This document shows, in pieces, positions 48,734 to 56,950 of a DNA stretch of 64,000 nucleotides. A program made the position numbers and the translations under genes. Where the stretch lies: assembly GCA_003560165.1 (NCBI GenBank), contig PWJC01000018.1:1987-65986 (forward strand), written 5' to 3'. The notes under the pieces were generated by a model. That model was not told where the DNA came from. It worked only from the letters and a program-made list of their open reading frames with translations, and ran no database searches. The stretch's first letter is position 1. Every line of letters begins with the position of its first letter. The stretch comes from Bacteroidales bacterium. Lineage in GTDB: Bacteria > Bacteroidota > Bacteroidia > Bacteroidales > UBA7960.

Positions 48734-50661
48734 GGGCTTTGGTGTTGTTTGGGTGAATTCAGGGTGAATGAATAACCGGCCCCTGCCCTGAAATGCCTTA
48801 AAGGCATGGGTCGGCCAGACATGACCTGATAGGCCTGGTTGAATACGTTATGGGCCGATACGAAAGCATGGAAACTGTATGAGGCCGGTTTCCAAAAACA
48901 AGACACATCTGTATGATGGAAAGAACCCAGCCACTGGCTGTTGTCGGTGGTTGTGTATCGCCTGCCAGTATATGACTGATTGACGGAGATGCCAAGATGC
49001 CTGAATTGCACATTCAGATTAATGCCCATTTGGTTTTCAGGCACATAGATAAGTTGCTTTCCTCTGGAGGCATCGTTGGGACTTTTGGCCACCGTATTGA
49101 CAGCCTTTGTGTGGTCCCAAAGCATCTGCCAGTTCAGCACTGCCTGCCCTTTTTCGAGTTGCCCCTGCAATCGTGCCTCTGTGCCATAACTCCTTACCTG
49201 CATGATGTTTTCCGGGCTCCAGTGCATACTTCCCTGAACGGGGACCCACATGATCCAGTCATCGATCTTCCTGTGAAACCCCGTGAGGGAAAACCGGACA
49301 TGGTTCAATGTGTTAACAGAAGAATTGCGCAGGAAGTTAATCCCAATATCCTGGCTCCAGCCTTTTTCGGGCTTTAAGTCAGGATTGCCTCCCGGTACCC
49401 AGTATCTGTCGTTCAGGCTCGGTATGCGGTAATTTTTTCCGGCATTGATCTTCAGATACATCCCGGATACCATCTTTAAAGACATCCCAACTGATGGTGC
49501 AAACGGTAAGGCCTGCCCGGAGGCGAACTCCTGTCTTGCGTTGACATGAAACTGTGTTGCCCCGGGAATCATATCCCATTTCAGGGCCATAAAAACAGCG
49601 TAGGTGAATTCTTCCCTTCGGCCGCTGTATTCATCCGACCATGCCCTGACGCGTTGGAAATGAATGCCGGGGTTGCCAGTGAATCCGGGTGCCGGGCTGA
49701 ACATGTATTCTGCCTCCTGCGAAAGGGTCTCGGCCGTTGAGTTGCTTTCCGGGGTCAGACTGTCTGCATAGGATACCTCTTCGTTAAAATAGGCTCCTCT
49801 CCAGTTCATCACACCATGTTTGCCTGCGTATGACCAGTGTCCGGTAACCCTCAAGGAGGCGTCTTCCTGATACCCCCCCTGATGGGTTTGCATCATGGCT
49901 GGCGGGATGTGACGTGCATTGTCCTGCCACCACCACCTGAGGTCGATGTGATGTTTCTGGTGGGGCTGATAATGAATTTCATGGAGTATGCCCTGTTGCC
50001 TTGTCCCGGCATGCTTTTGTTTCATAACCGGTTGATGAGCGAAGCCACTATGAATAAATTGATAGCGGTTCTCTGCTTCCAGGTTGAATACCCTCAGCCT
50101 GGTACTCAGGCGCCCAATCCCCGCTCCAACGGCTAGTTGCTGCATGAACTCCCCGGTATTTGACCCGCTTAGCCCAAAGCTGGTATGGACTCCCTGCCCG
50201 CTTACTCTTTCATTCTGAAAATGAATTACCCCGCCCATACTCCCGCTGCCCCACAGCGCACTACCCCCTCCGTACTGAACGCTGACACGGTCAGTAAAGA
50301 AAACGGGTATCAGGCTCAGGTCGGTTTGACCATGCATGGGATTTTGAATGTGGAAGCCATTCCATACCAGGGCTGTCTGAGCTGCTGTTCCACCTCGCAG
50401 TGATGTGGCAGAAAGGTTACCGGGGCCATAACTTTTGATAAAAATACCGGCATGCCTGCTTAGCAGGTGATCGACCGACAAATGACGGTGGGCGTTCAGG
50501 GCCTGGCTTCCGATCTTTATGAGCTGATGCCCGGCATCAAATACCTGATGCCGGGAAGTGCTTACCTGTACCTCATCGAGTGTGATAAGGGTATCCGGCT
50601 CATCGATGGTGCCAGCCAGTGCCTGCAGGGGCAGCATACACAGCAGTAGAATGCGAAACAT
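48730..50661 (-). CDS. btuB: TonB-dependent receptor, BtuB-like (cobalamin riboswitch-controlled)
   Basis: It has a signal peptide, a plug (LDEVQVSTSR ... FIKSYGPGNLSATSLRGGTAAQTALVWNGFHIQNP) and a roughly 640-aa barrel ending in an aromatic-rich strand. It is directly preceded by a cobalamin riboswitch. The start is at ATG 50661. Confidence 0.85.
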   Translation of the reverse strand: MFRILLLCMLPLQALAGTIDEPDTLITLDEVQVSTSRHQVFDAGHQLIKIGSQALNAHRHLSVDHLLSRHAGIFIKSYGPGNLSATSLRGGTAAQTALVWNGFHIQNPMHGQTDLSLIPVFFTDRVSVQYGGGSALWGSGSMGGVIHFQNERVSGQGVHTSFGLSGSNTGEFMQQLAVGAGIGRLSTRLRVFNLEAENRYQFIHSGFAHQPVMKQKHAGTRQQGILHEIHYQPHQKHHIDLRWWWQDNARHIPPAMMQTHQGGYQEDASLRVTGHWSYAGKHGVMNWRGAYFNEEVSYADSLTPESNSTAETLSQEAEYMFSPAPGFTGNPGIHFQRVRAWSDEYSGRREEFTYAVFMALKWDMIPGATQFHVNARQEFASGQALPFAPSVGMSLKMVSGMYLKINAGKNYRIPSLNDRYWVPGGNPDLKPEKGWSQDIGINFLRNSSVNTLNHVRFSLTGFHRKIDDWIMWVPVQGSMHWSPENIMQVRSYGTEARLQGQLEKGQAVLNWQMLWDHTKAVNTVAKSPNDASRGKQLIYVPENQMGINLNVQFRHLGISVNQSYTGRRYTTTDNSQWLGSFHHTDVSCFWKPASYSFHAFVSAHNVFNQAYQVMSGRPMPLRHFRAGAGYSFTLNSPKQHQSP

Positions 50662-50721
50662 GCGATTGGTTTCCGGTGAATTTTTGCCTTTTTCCCGAAA
50701 GCTGCAAATCAATAATAAACG

Positions 50722-50912
50722 CACAGGCAGGTCTTCTGACTTACTCCATGTTTACCGCCTTCCCACCTCTTTGGGCAGTGGCATTGCAGAGGTAAACATT
50801 AATCAAGGAGCTTACAGCAGCGGGAACTGTCCGGGATTCTCACCCGATTCCCTTTTCATCCGGTTAATCCGGTAGGATGCCGGAACCTGTACCCGGCAAA
50901 GGTAGGCAAAAA
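50722..50912 (-). promoter_or_regulatory. Cobalamin (AdoCbl/B12) riboswitch
   Basis: The minus-strand RNA reads ...AAAAGGGAAUCGGGUGAGAAUCCCGGACAGUUCCCGCUGCUGUAAGC...AUGCCACUGCCC...GGUGGGAAGGCGG...AGUCAGAAGACCUGCC. The conserved GGGAA / GGUGAGAAUCC / GCCACUG elements and the B12 box (50726-50741) are all present. Confidence 0.85.
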
Positions 50913-50934
50913 ACCATAAAAGCTCGGAAAAAGA

Positions 50935-52236
50935 TCAAAAATAGGTGGAAATGCCCATGCTAAGCAGTTGGTCAACCGGACGGCAATCGCCTGTCATGAT
51001 GCTTCCCTTGCTGTTTTTGGCCATTGCAGCGCAGCCCCCTCCGCACAGCAGCTGGAGATGACATTCTTTGCATTCGTCAATGGAGCATACGTCCCTTGTT
51101 TGCCATTTGGAAATTTCTTCCTGATTCAGTATCACTTCGGGGTAAAATTTCCCCAACTCTTCTCCATTTTTCCCAACAGTGGCTGTGCAACTGTAAATGG
51201 TTCCCAGATAATCGAACGCCCATTCGCTCTTGCATCCGGGGCAGGCATCGAATAAAGGGGCAGGGAGTTCACCATGATCTTTCAGGAAACGGGCTGCGCT
51301 AAAAGCCGGACGGTGAAATTCGAGTATTTCCGGATGTGACCGGATGAGTCCGTAAAGCCCGGCATACAAAGAAAGCCTTGAAAATAGCTTTGCTGTGCCG
51401 GCGTGACAATGATGAAGTTCATAATTGCGCCCAAGCTGGGATTTAAAATGGGGGGATTTTGTCCAGCCCTTGTCAATGGCAAACCTGGATAGTTCAGGTA
51501 GCGAACAAATGTTTTCCTTATCGACCACAACCCTCAGATTCACGGTGATCGCCCTGGAAAGGCATTCGTCAATGTTGGCAACGATCTTCCCGAAACTTGG
51601 TTTGCCTCCATTGCAGGGCCTGCGTTTGTTGTGGATGTGTTCCGGACCGTCGAGCGTAAACTGAATTTCACGGATGTTAACCTTTTCAAGAGCGGGGAGG
51701 TATTTGTCCAGGTAGTATCCATTTGTAACAGCCGCCAGATCCATCTGTTGGGTTTCACACAGACCGATAAAGCGGGTCAGTGCAGAAAAATAGGAACGAC
51801 CGGTTAAAAAGGGCTCACCCCCAAAAAGGGTTATGTATTTTTTCCGGTGGGGCAGATGGGTACGAATGAATGCAAAAAAACCGTCGGTCAATTTTGCCGA
51901 GAGTGCTTCCGGGGAATTCTGATAAGGTAGTTGATAGCAGTAAGAGCAGGAAAAATTACAGTTGTAGGTGGGCGCAAAAAATACCTGAACCTCCTCCTGG
52001 CTTCGCTGTTCCAGGTAATCGATATAGGCAAGGCGATAACGTTGTTTTTCCCGGAGGGGGTCTGTGATATATCCTTTTTCTACAAAGTCTTCGATTGCTT
52101 CGCTTTCCTGGTGGCTCTGAAGCAGTGCAAGCTCAGGTCCGGATACAATATCAGCCTGGCCCGATAACAGGTTGGCCAATACGTACCTGGCTGAGCCCGG
52201 GATTTCAGCAACGATGTTGTACCTGGAAGGACCCAT
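50935..52236 (-). CDS. Radical SAM/SPASM domain protein (peptide-maturase-like)
   Basis: The CNFSCSYC (CxxxCxxC) cluster is at residues 93-100, after an ~85-aa N-terminal extension. The C-terminal SPASM signature reads CPGCKSEWAFDYLGTIYSC ... CKECHLQLLCGGGC ... GDC. Confidence 0.85.
   Translation of the reverse strand: MGPSRYNIVAEIPGSARYVLANLLSGQADIVSGPELALLQSHQESEAIEDFVEKGYITDPLREKQRYRLAYIDYLEQRSQEEVQVFFAPTYNCNFSCSYCYQLPYQNSPEALSAKLTDGFFAFIRTHLPHRKKYITLFGGEPFLTGRSYFSALTRFIGLCETQQMDLAAVTNGYYLDKYLPALEKVNIREIQFTLDGPEHIHNKRRPCNGGKPSFGKIVANIDECLSRAITVNLRVVVDKENICSLPELSRFAIDKGWTKSPHFKSQLGRNYELHHCHAGTAKLFSRLSLYAGLYGLIRSHPEILEFHRPAFSAARFLKDHGELPAPLFDACPGCKSEWAFDYLGTIYSCTATVGKNGEELGKFYPEVILNQEEISKWQTRDVCSIDECKECHLQLLCGGGCAAMAKNSKGSIMTGDCRPVDQLLSMGISTYF
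50936..50943 (-). promoter_or_regulatory. Bacteroidota-type -7 promoter box (TATTTTTG on minus strand) for the riboswitch/btuB operon
   Basis: The + strand reads CAAAAATA. It overlaps the stop codon of the radical SAM gene and lies about 25 nt upstream of the riboswitch core. Confidence 0.4.
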
Positions 52237-52242
52237 GTGGTA

Positions 52243-52353
52243 TCAATCGTGGCATCCTGCCTGTGCAGCCGTTGTTTTTGCACAGCATTGAGCTTGCTTT
52301 GTTTTGCTTTGCCTGTCTTTTTTGTTGTTGTTCTTTTTAATGAGGCTTGTCAT
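52243..52353 (-). CDS. Candidate 36-aa Cys-containing precursor-like sORF (MTSLIKKNNNKKDRQSKTKQAQCCAKTTAAQAGCHD)
   Basis: ATG at 52353-52351 and TGA at 52245-52243, which is 6 nt before the radical SAM ATG. I translated it by hand; it falls below the 60-aa cutoff of the ORF track. There is no independent evidence of expression. Confidence 0.3.
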   Translation of the reverse strand: MTSLIKKNNNKKDRQSKTKQAQCCAKTTAAQAGCHD

Positions 52354-52380
52354 CTGTCTATTGTTTTTATATTCAGGTAA

Positions 52381-52450
52381 GGTGAAAGAACGAAGACGGA
52401 AAAAAAAGAAGGTAGAAGGCAGAAAGTGGAAAGTAGAAAGTAGAAAGAAA
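52381..52450. repeat. GA-rich 7-nt-periodic tract (GAAGGTA GAAGGCA GAAAGTG GAAAGTA GAAAGTA GAAAGAA)
   Basis: Six heptads run from 52408 to 52449, preceded by gaaagaacgaagacggaaaaaaaa. The tract lies between the methyltransferase stop and the sORF. On the transcribed (minus) strand it is CU-rich. Confidence 0.8.
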
Positions 52451-52477
52451 AATTCGTTCTGTCGTTCATTCTGCCTG

Positions 52478-53107
52478 CTATTTTACACCTTTGACCGTAA
52501 AACTTGCCACCCGGATCTTGCCTTTATCATAGGGTTCGGACTCTTCCAGAATTTCTGATTCACTGAAACCGGCATTCTTTATGTTCTGCATGTAAAGGTC
52601 TTTTGTCAGGGCCCCCGCCCAGCATTGAGCTACCATGTCCGGATCGTTTCGGAAGGCTTCGGGAACCTGGTCAAGCGAATAAATATCACTGACTACAAAC
52701 TGACCTCCCGGTTTAAGTATTCTATAAATCTCGTGCCAGACCTGCTCCTGCTTTAGTGAGTGGTTGATGGTACAGTTTGAGATTACCACATCAGCCAGAT
52801 CACTTTGCAGGTCGATCTGCTCCAGCCCCGATCTGATAAAACGGACATTTTCAAAGCCCATGAGTTCTGCCTGCCTGGCGGCGGCACCCAGCATGCCACC
52901 TGAAATATCCACCCCCCAGGCCATGCCCCCATCGACGGCCAGGGTGGCCATACGCAAAACATCGTGGCCTTTGCCGCATCCCAGATCAATGCAATTATCC
53001 CCGGCTTTGATCTCTGCCAGTGAAAAGGCTCCGCCACACGACAGACAACAATCTTTCCCGGAGAGCGCATCGTATCTCTTAACAATACTGCCGGATAAAT
53101 CAACCAT
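52478..53107 (-). CDS. ArsM-like SAM-dependent methyltransferase (short form)
   Basis: Motifs DCCLSCGG, the SAM-binding CIDLGCGKGHDV, VISNCTINH and AQCWAGAL correspond to the conserved Cys positions and motif order of arsenite methyltransferases. Length is 209 aa. Confidence 0.7.
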   Translation of the reverse strand: MVDLSGSIVKRYDALSGKDCCLSCGGAFSLAEIKAGDNCIDLGCGKGHDVLRMATLAVDGGMAWGVDISGGMLGAAARQAELMGFENVRFIRSGLEQIDLQSDLADVVISNCTINHSLKQEQVWHEIYRILKPGGQFVVSDIYSLDQVPEAFRNDPDMVAQCWAGALTKDLYMQNIKNAGFSESEILEESEPYDKGKIRVASFTVKGVK

Positions 53108-53142
53108 ATAAACAGAGTTTTATATATCAATAAGTGTGAAGG

Positions 53143-53150
53143 CAAATATA
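53143..53150 (-). promoter_or_regulatory. Bacteroidota-type -7 promoter box (TATATTTG on minus strand)
   Basis: The + strand reads CAAATATA, 36 nt upstream of the methyltransferase ATG at 53107. Confidence 0.45.
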
Positions 53151-53203
53151 GAAATTAATTGCTTCTTCCGGAAGCAGGCCAGGCAGTTTTGTCGAAAACG
53201 GTT

Positions 53204-53389
53204 TTAACGCGACGGGATAACAATGGCCAGGATGATGTAAAACAACAACCCGATCAATCCGAGAAAAAAGCCAAAAACAAAAAGGATCCTGACTAATGTG
53301 GGATCCAGGTCGAAATATTCGGCCAGGGCACCACAAACACCAAAAATCATGCGGTCGTTATTTTTTCTGAGCCTTTTGGGTTTTGTCAT
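53204..53389 (-). CDS. PspC domain-containing small membrane protein
   Basis: RMIFGVCGALAEYFDLDPTLVRILFV is followed by a TM helix. The start is ATG 53389. Confidence 0.8.
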   Translation of the reverse strand: MTKPKRLRKNNDRMIFGVCGALAEYFDLDPTLVRILFVFGFFLGLIGLLFYIILAIVIPSR

Positions 53390-53411
53390 GGTGAACAAAT
53401 TTGTGAACCCC

Positions 53412-53446
53412 AAAAATAAAAAAAAGCCGGCTTATGTTGCCGGCTT
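53412..53446 (-). terminator. Rho-independent terminator after rocD
   Basis: The hairpin AGCCGGC-aacataa-GCCGGCU on the minus strand is followed by UUUUUUUUAUUUUUG. Confidence 0.75.
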
Positions 53447-53466
53447 TTAAGGGATTGTTCTCAGGC

Positions 53467-54690
53467 TTATTCAAAAGAAATAATTGATTTGCGAATGATA
53501 TCCACACATTCCATTAATTGGTCTTCTGTAATAACCAGCGGTGGAGCAAAACGGATCTTGTCGCCGTGAGTGGGTTTTGCAAGCAGCCCGTTTTCGGCCA
53601 TCTTCAGGCAAACATCCATGGCATCCCTGCCGTTTTTGGAGCGGATGACAATGGCGTTCAGGAGGCCTTTCCCCCTGACCAGGGTCAGCATGTCTGATTT
53701 GATGGCACGGAGTTCCTTGCGTAAGAGCTGTCCGAGCTGTTCCGACTTTTCTGCCAGTTGTTCCTCTCTGATCACTTCGAGGGCGGCCATGGCCACCCTG
53801 CCGGCCACCGGATTGCCGCCAAAGGTAGAGCCATGCTGCCCGGGTTTTATCACCAGCATGACGTCGTCGTCGGCCAGCACGGCCGATACAGGATACATGC
53901 CTCCGCTGATGGCTTTCCCGAGGATGACCACATCCGGCCGGACGTTTTCGTGATCGCAGGCAAGCATTTTCCCTGTGCGCGCGATGCCGGTCTGCACCTC
54001 ATCGGCAATGTACAACACATTGTGCACGGTGCACAGTGCGCGGGTTTTGGTAAGGTAACCATCATCGGGGACAAACACTCCGGCTTCGCCCTGTATGGGT
54101 TCAAAAAGAAAACCTGCCACGTTCGGGTCCTTCAGGGCCCGGGCCAGGGCGTCCACATCGTTGTATGGAATCCGTATAAAGCCCGGGGTAAAGGGCCCGT
54201 AGTCGGTTTGTGCATCCGGATCGTTCGAGAAGGACACAATGGTGGTGGTCCTTCCGTGAAAGTTGTTTTCGCAGACAACGATCTTTGCCTGATTCTCGGG
54301 AATGCCTTTTTTCTGATAGCCCCACTTGCGGCAAAGCTTGATGGCCGTTTCGACGGCTTCTGCGCCCGTATTCATGGGCAGGACCTTGTCGTAGCCAAAC
54401 AGCCTGGTAATGTATTGCTCGTATTGGCCCAAAACGTCGTTATGAAAAGCCCTGGAGGTAAGGGCGAGGGTTTGTGACTGCCGGGTGAGGGCGTCCACGA
54501 TTTTGGGGTGGCAGTGTCCTTGGTTTACCGCCGAATAGGCCGATAAAAAATCATAATAACGTTTACCTTCGACATCCCACACAAAAACCCCTTCGCCCCT
54601 GGAAAGCACCACGGGCAACGGATGATAATTATGTGCACCGTATTTGTCTTCCAGTGCAATGGCTTCTTTTGTCCCAATTTTTTCACTCAT
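53467..54690 (-). CDS. rocD: Ornithine aminotransferase
   Basis: [52 protein letters not shown] and the PLP-Lys region [12 protein letters not shown] are present. The start is at ATG 54690 (MSEKIG...). Confidence 0.9.
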   Translation of the reverse strand: MSEKIGTKEAIALEDKYGAHNYHPLPVVLSRGEGVFVWDVEGKRYYDFLSAYSAVNQGHCHPKIVDALTRQSQTLALTSRAFHNDVLGQYEQYITRLFGYDKVLPMNTGAEAVETAIKLCRKWGYQKKGIPENQAKIVVCENNFHGRTTTIVSFSNDPDAQTDYGPFTPGFIRIPYNDVDALARALKDPNVAGFLFEPIQGEAGVFVPDDGYLTKTRALCTVHNVLYIADEVQTGIARTGKMLACDHENVRPDVVILGKAISGGMYPVSAVLADDDVMLVIKPGQHGSTFGGNPVAGRVAMAALEVIREEQLAEKSEQLGQLLRKELRAIKSDMLTLVRGKGLLNAIVIRSKNGRDAMDVCLKMAENGLLAKPTHGDKIRFAPPLVITEDQLMECVDIIRKSIISFE

Positions 54691-54770
54691 ATCGGCTCTC
54701 CTTCTGTTTATATAATGTTCTTTTATCTTGCCGGTCACTTTCCATGGCCGGCGACTTGAAAAATATGTGG

Positions 54771-54778
54771 CAAATATA
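54771..54778 (-). promoter_or_regulatory. Bacteroidota-type -7 promoter box (TATATTTG on minus strand)
   Basis: The + strand reads CAAATATA, 81 nt upstream of the rocD ATG. Confidence 0.35.
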
Positions 54779-54864
54779 CATGATTTTTTTCGTTCGATAT
54801 TTGCTGCAGACGAATGAAAAAAATATGCCGATAGCATGTTTTTACAGGGCTTATCCGGAAGTTA

Positions 54865-54904
54865 CAAAAAAACCGGCAGCTCCCCTTTCGGGAACACTGC
54901 CGGT
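54865..54904 (-). terminator. Rho-independent terminator after the superoxide dismutase gene
   Basis: On the minus strand, ACCGGCAG...(inner UCCC-GAAAG-GGGA)...CUGCCGGU is followed by UUUUUUU. Confidence 0.7.
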
Positions 54905-54935
54905 CACCATCACTCATCACCCGATCTTTCTGCTG

Positions 54936-55679
54936 TTATTGTACGAGTTCTGCGTACCTGCGTTCAACCTCTTCCCAGTTTACCACGTTCCAGAACTTTT
55001 CGAGGTATTCGGGGCGGCGGTTCTGGTATTTCAGGTAATAGGCATGTTCCCAGACATCCACGCCCAGAATAGGTGTTCCCTGCTTGTCTGCCACATCCAT
55101 CAGCGGATTGTCCTGGTTTGGGGTGCTGGTTACGCTCAGCTGGCCATCGGCATCTACGATCAGCCATGCCCAGCCGCTTCCAAACCTGGTAGCACCTGCC
55201 TTGTTGAATTCTTCCCTGAAATCATCAAAGGAAGAAAAACGGGCTTCAATTGCACTCAGCAAGGCGCCCGAAGGCTTTCCGCCTCCGTTGGGGCTCATTA
55301 CTTTCCAAAACAGGTCGTGGTTCCAGTGCCCGCCACCGTTGTTGCGGACTGTCATCGGATGCTGGCTCATGTTTTTGAATAGTTCCTCAAGGCTCATGTT
55401 TTCGAGCTCAGTACCTTCAATGGCATTGTTCAGGTTGTTCACATAGGCCTGATGGTGCTTGCCATGGTGTATTTCCATGGTCTTTTGATCAATGTAAGGC
55501 TCCAGTGCATCATAGGCATAAGGCAATGGTGCCAATGTATGTTTTCCGTTTTGTTCGCTCATAGTTCCTCTCTCTTTTGCTTGGTTATTATTCGGTTCTC
55601 TTTCCTCTACGGCCTGCTGGCATGCAGTAACCGATGCCATGGCAATAATCATGAAATAAAAACGCAGCGTCTTTTTCAT
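54936..55679 (-). CDS. Fe/Mn superoxide dismutase with N-terminal lipoprotein-type signal peptide
   Basis: [26 protein letters not shown] and [18 protein letters not shown] supply the metal ligands. The N-terminus [20 protein letters not shown] has a lipobox. An alternative cytoplasmic start exists at the internal MSEQNGK. Confidence 0.9.
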   Translation of the reverse strand: MKKTLRFYFMIIAMASVTACQQAVEEREPNNNQAKERGTMSEQNGKHTLAPLPYAYDALEPYIDQKTMEIHHGKHHQAYVNNLNNAIEGTELENMSLEELFKNMSQHPMTVRNNGGGHWNHDLFWKVMSPNGGGKPSGALLSAIEARFSSFDDFREEFNKAGATRFGSGWAWLIVDADGQLSVTSTPNQDNPLMDVADKQGTPILGVDVWEHAYYLKYQNRRPEYLEKFWNVVNWEEVERRYAELVQ

Positions 55680-55788
55680 GGCAAGTGTTTTTTATGGGGT
55701 TTGTGAGTTTGTGGTTTTAATTTAGTGTCATTCCAGATAACAAAACCGTTTGGGATTTGTTCATCTCGCATAAGGGCAGCAGTACCCA

Positions 55789-56748
55789 TTATTCACTGCC
55801 TCCGGCACTGAGGTAGGGGGCGATCCTCTCCCAGTTGGCCTGGTCGATCAGATGGGATTGCCTGATGTCGGCTGCCGATTCAAAAGGCCCGTGCTGCCGG
55901 CGCAGATTCAGGATGGCAGTCACGGTTTCGCGGTCCAGGTATGGATGCCTGATGAGTTCAGCAAAACCCGCCTGGTTAAGATCCAGTTTCCTGACATGGT
56001 CCGGGCTCACGAACAGGTAATCCCTGATTTGCCCGTACCGGATGCTGTCCATGCCGTATACCTCCATTAACTGGTCGATGCGGTGATATCCTCCTAAAAG
56101 CTCACGGTACCGGACGATGCGTCTGGCGAATACCGGACCAATACCTCTTAGTCGTCTGAACGCCATGCTGTCGGCCAGGTTGATGTCAATAAGGGCAGGC
56201 TGAGGTTCTGATCCTGGAGCCATCGTGCCTGGCCGGGGCTCCCCCTTGCCTTGACTGACGTTTTGCCGGGATATGCTGCCGACAGACACAGGCCGGTCGG
56301 GGAGTAAAATATAGGGTTCCAGAACTTCGTACAGTTCGCGGCTCATGAAATAGATCTTTGACAGATCGTCTTTGTAACGGAAGTTTCCTCCTGCCGACAG
56401 GTAATTTCCGATGATCTCCGAGAGGTAAGAAGGGAGTCCCATCGCCTCCCACTCGTCCTTGCTGAGATGGTTGGGGTCAAAGGGGCGGGGTCGCAAGCCC
56501 TCTGCAGTCAATGGGCGGGCGCCGAACCTTTCCGGAGGTGCTGGAGTTTCCGTTGACTGACTGAGCCTTTCATTGAACAGTGCTGCTTCTTTTTTTACCC
56601 TTTCGCTGTCGATGCCGGCCCCGCTGTACAAATGCCTGCCCAGGGTGCTGACAATGGGCATCAGTACGATGGCTGCGATCAGCAACACGATGCCTTTCCT
56701 TTCGCGGCGGCTAAAATATAACCAATCTTTTATGGGCGTATACCCCAT
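55789..56748 (-). CDS. ComEA-like helix-hairpin-helix DNA-binding protein with N-terminal membrane anchor
   Basis: A TM helix lies near the N-terminus (GIVLLIAAIVLMPIV). There are two HhH units (INLADSMAFRRLRGIGPVFARRIVRYRELLGGY and LDLNQAGFAELIRHPYLDRETVTAILNLRRQHGPF). Confidence 0.7.
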   Translation of the reverse strand: MGYTPIKDWLYFSRRERKGIVLLIAAIVLMPIVSTLGRHLYSGAGIDSERVKKEAALFNERLSQSTETPAPPERFGARPLTAEGLRPRPFDPNHLSKDEWEAMGLPSYLSEIIGNYLSAGGNFRYKDDLSKIYFMSRELYEVLEPYILLPDRPVSVGSISRQNVSQGKGEPRPGTMAPGSEPQPALIDINLADSMAFRRLRGIGPVFARRIVRYRELLGGYHRIDQLMEVYGMDSIRYGQIRDYLFVSPDHVRKLDLNQAGFAELIRHPYLDRETVTAILNLRRQHGPFESAADIRQSHLIDQANWERIAPYLSAGGSE

Positions 56749-56871
56749 ATCTGAGACATAAAAAATAGGTTGAATCCGCTTAAAAATAGAACAAAAACTT
56801 GCACCCTGCCAGATCGCTGACCCTTAGCGGCGAAAAAAAACGGTTGCGGTTGATTTTTGAGGATTATTTTA

Positions 56872-56879
56872 TATTTTTG
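56872..56879 (+). promoter_or_regulatory. Bacteroidota-type -7 promoter box (TATTTTTG)
   Basis: Exact TAnnTTTG match 72 nt upstream of the ATG at 56951. Confidence 0.35.
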
Positions 56880-56950
56880 GCCTTTTCCCGGGAGGGTCAG
56901 ACTGGTCGGTCCCTTTCTTGCTGGTCACCAAAATAACACGGAATTGCATT

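Noticed and set aside
52080-52283. 67-aa minus-strand ORF (MQKQRLHRQDATIDTTW...) overlapping the start of the radical SAM gene
   Set aside because: It has a non-ATG start and is out of frame with the well-supported rSAM CDS, which it overlaps for about 150 nt. It has no motifs.
52350-52469. 39-codon minus-strand sORF (MNDRTNFSFYFLLSTFCLLPSFFSVFVLSPYLNIKTIDR) starting 8 nt after the methyltransferase stop
   Set aside because: It is read straight through the CT-rich face of the heptamer repeat. Its hydrophobic, Phe/Ser/Leu-rich sequence is a by-product of the repeat composition. It overlaps the start of the more plausible Cys-containing sORF in another frame.
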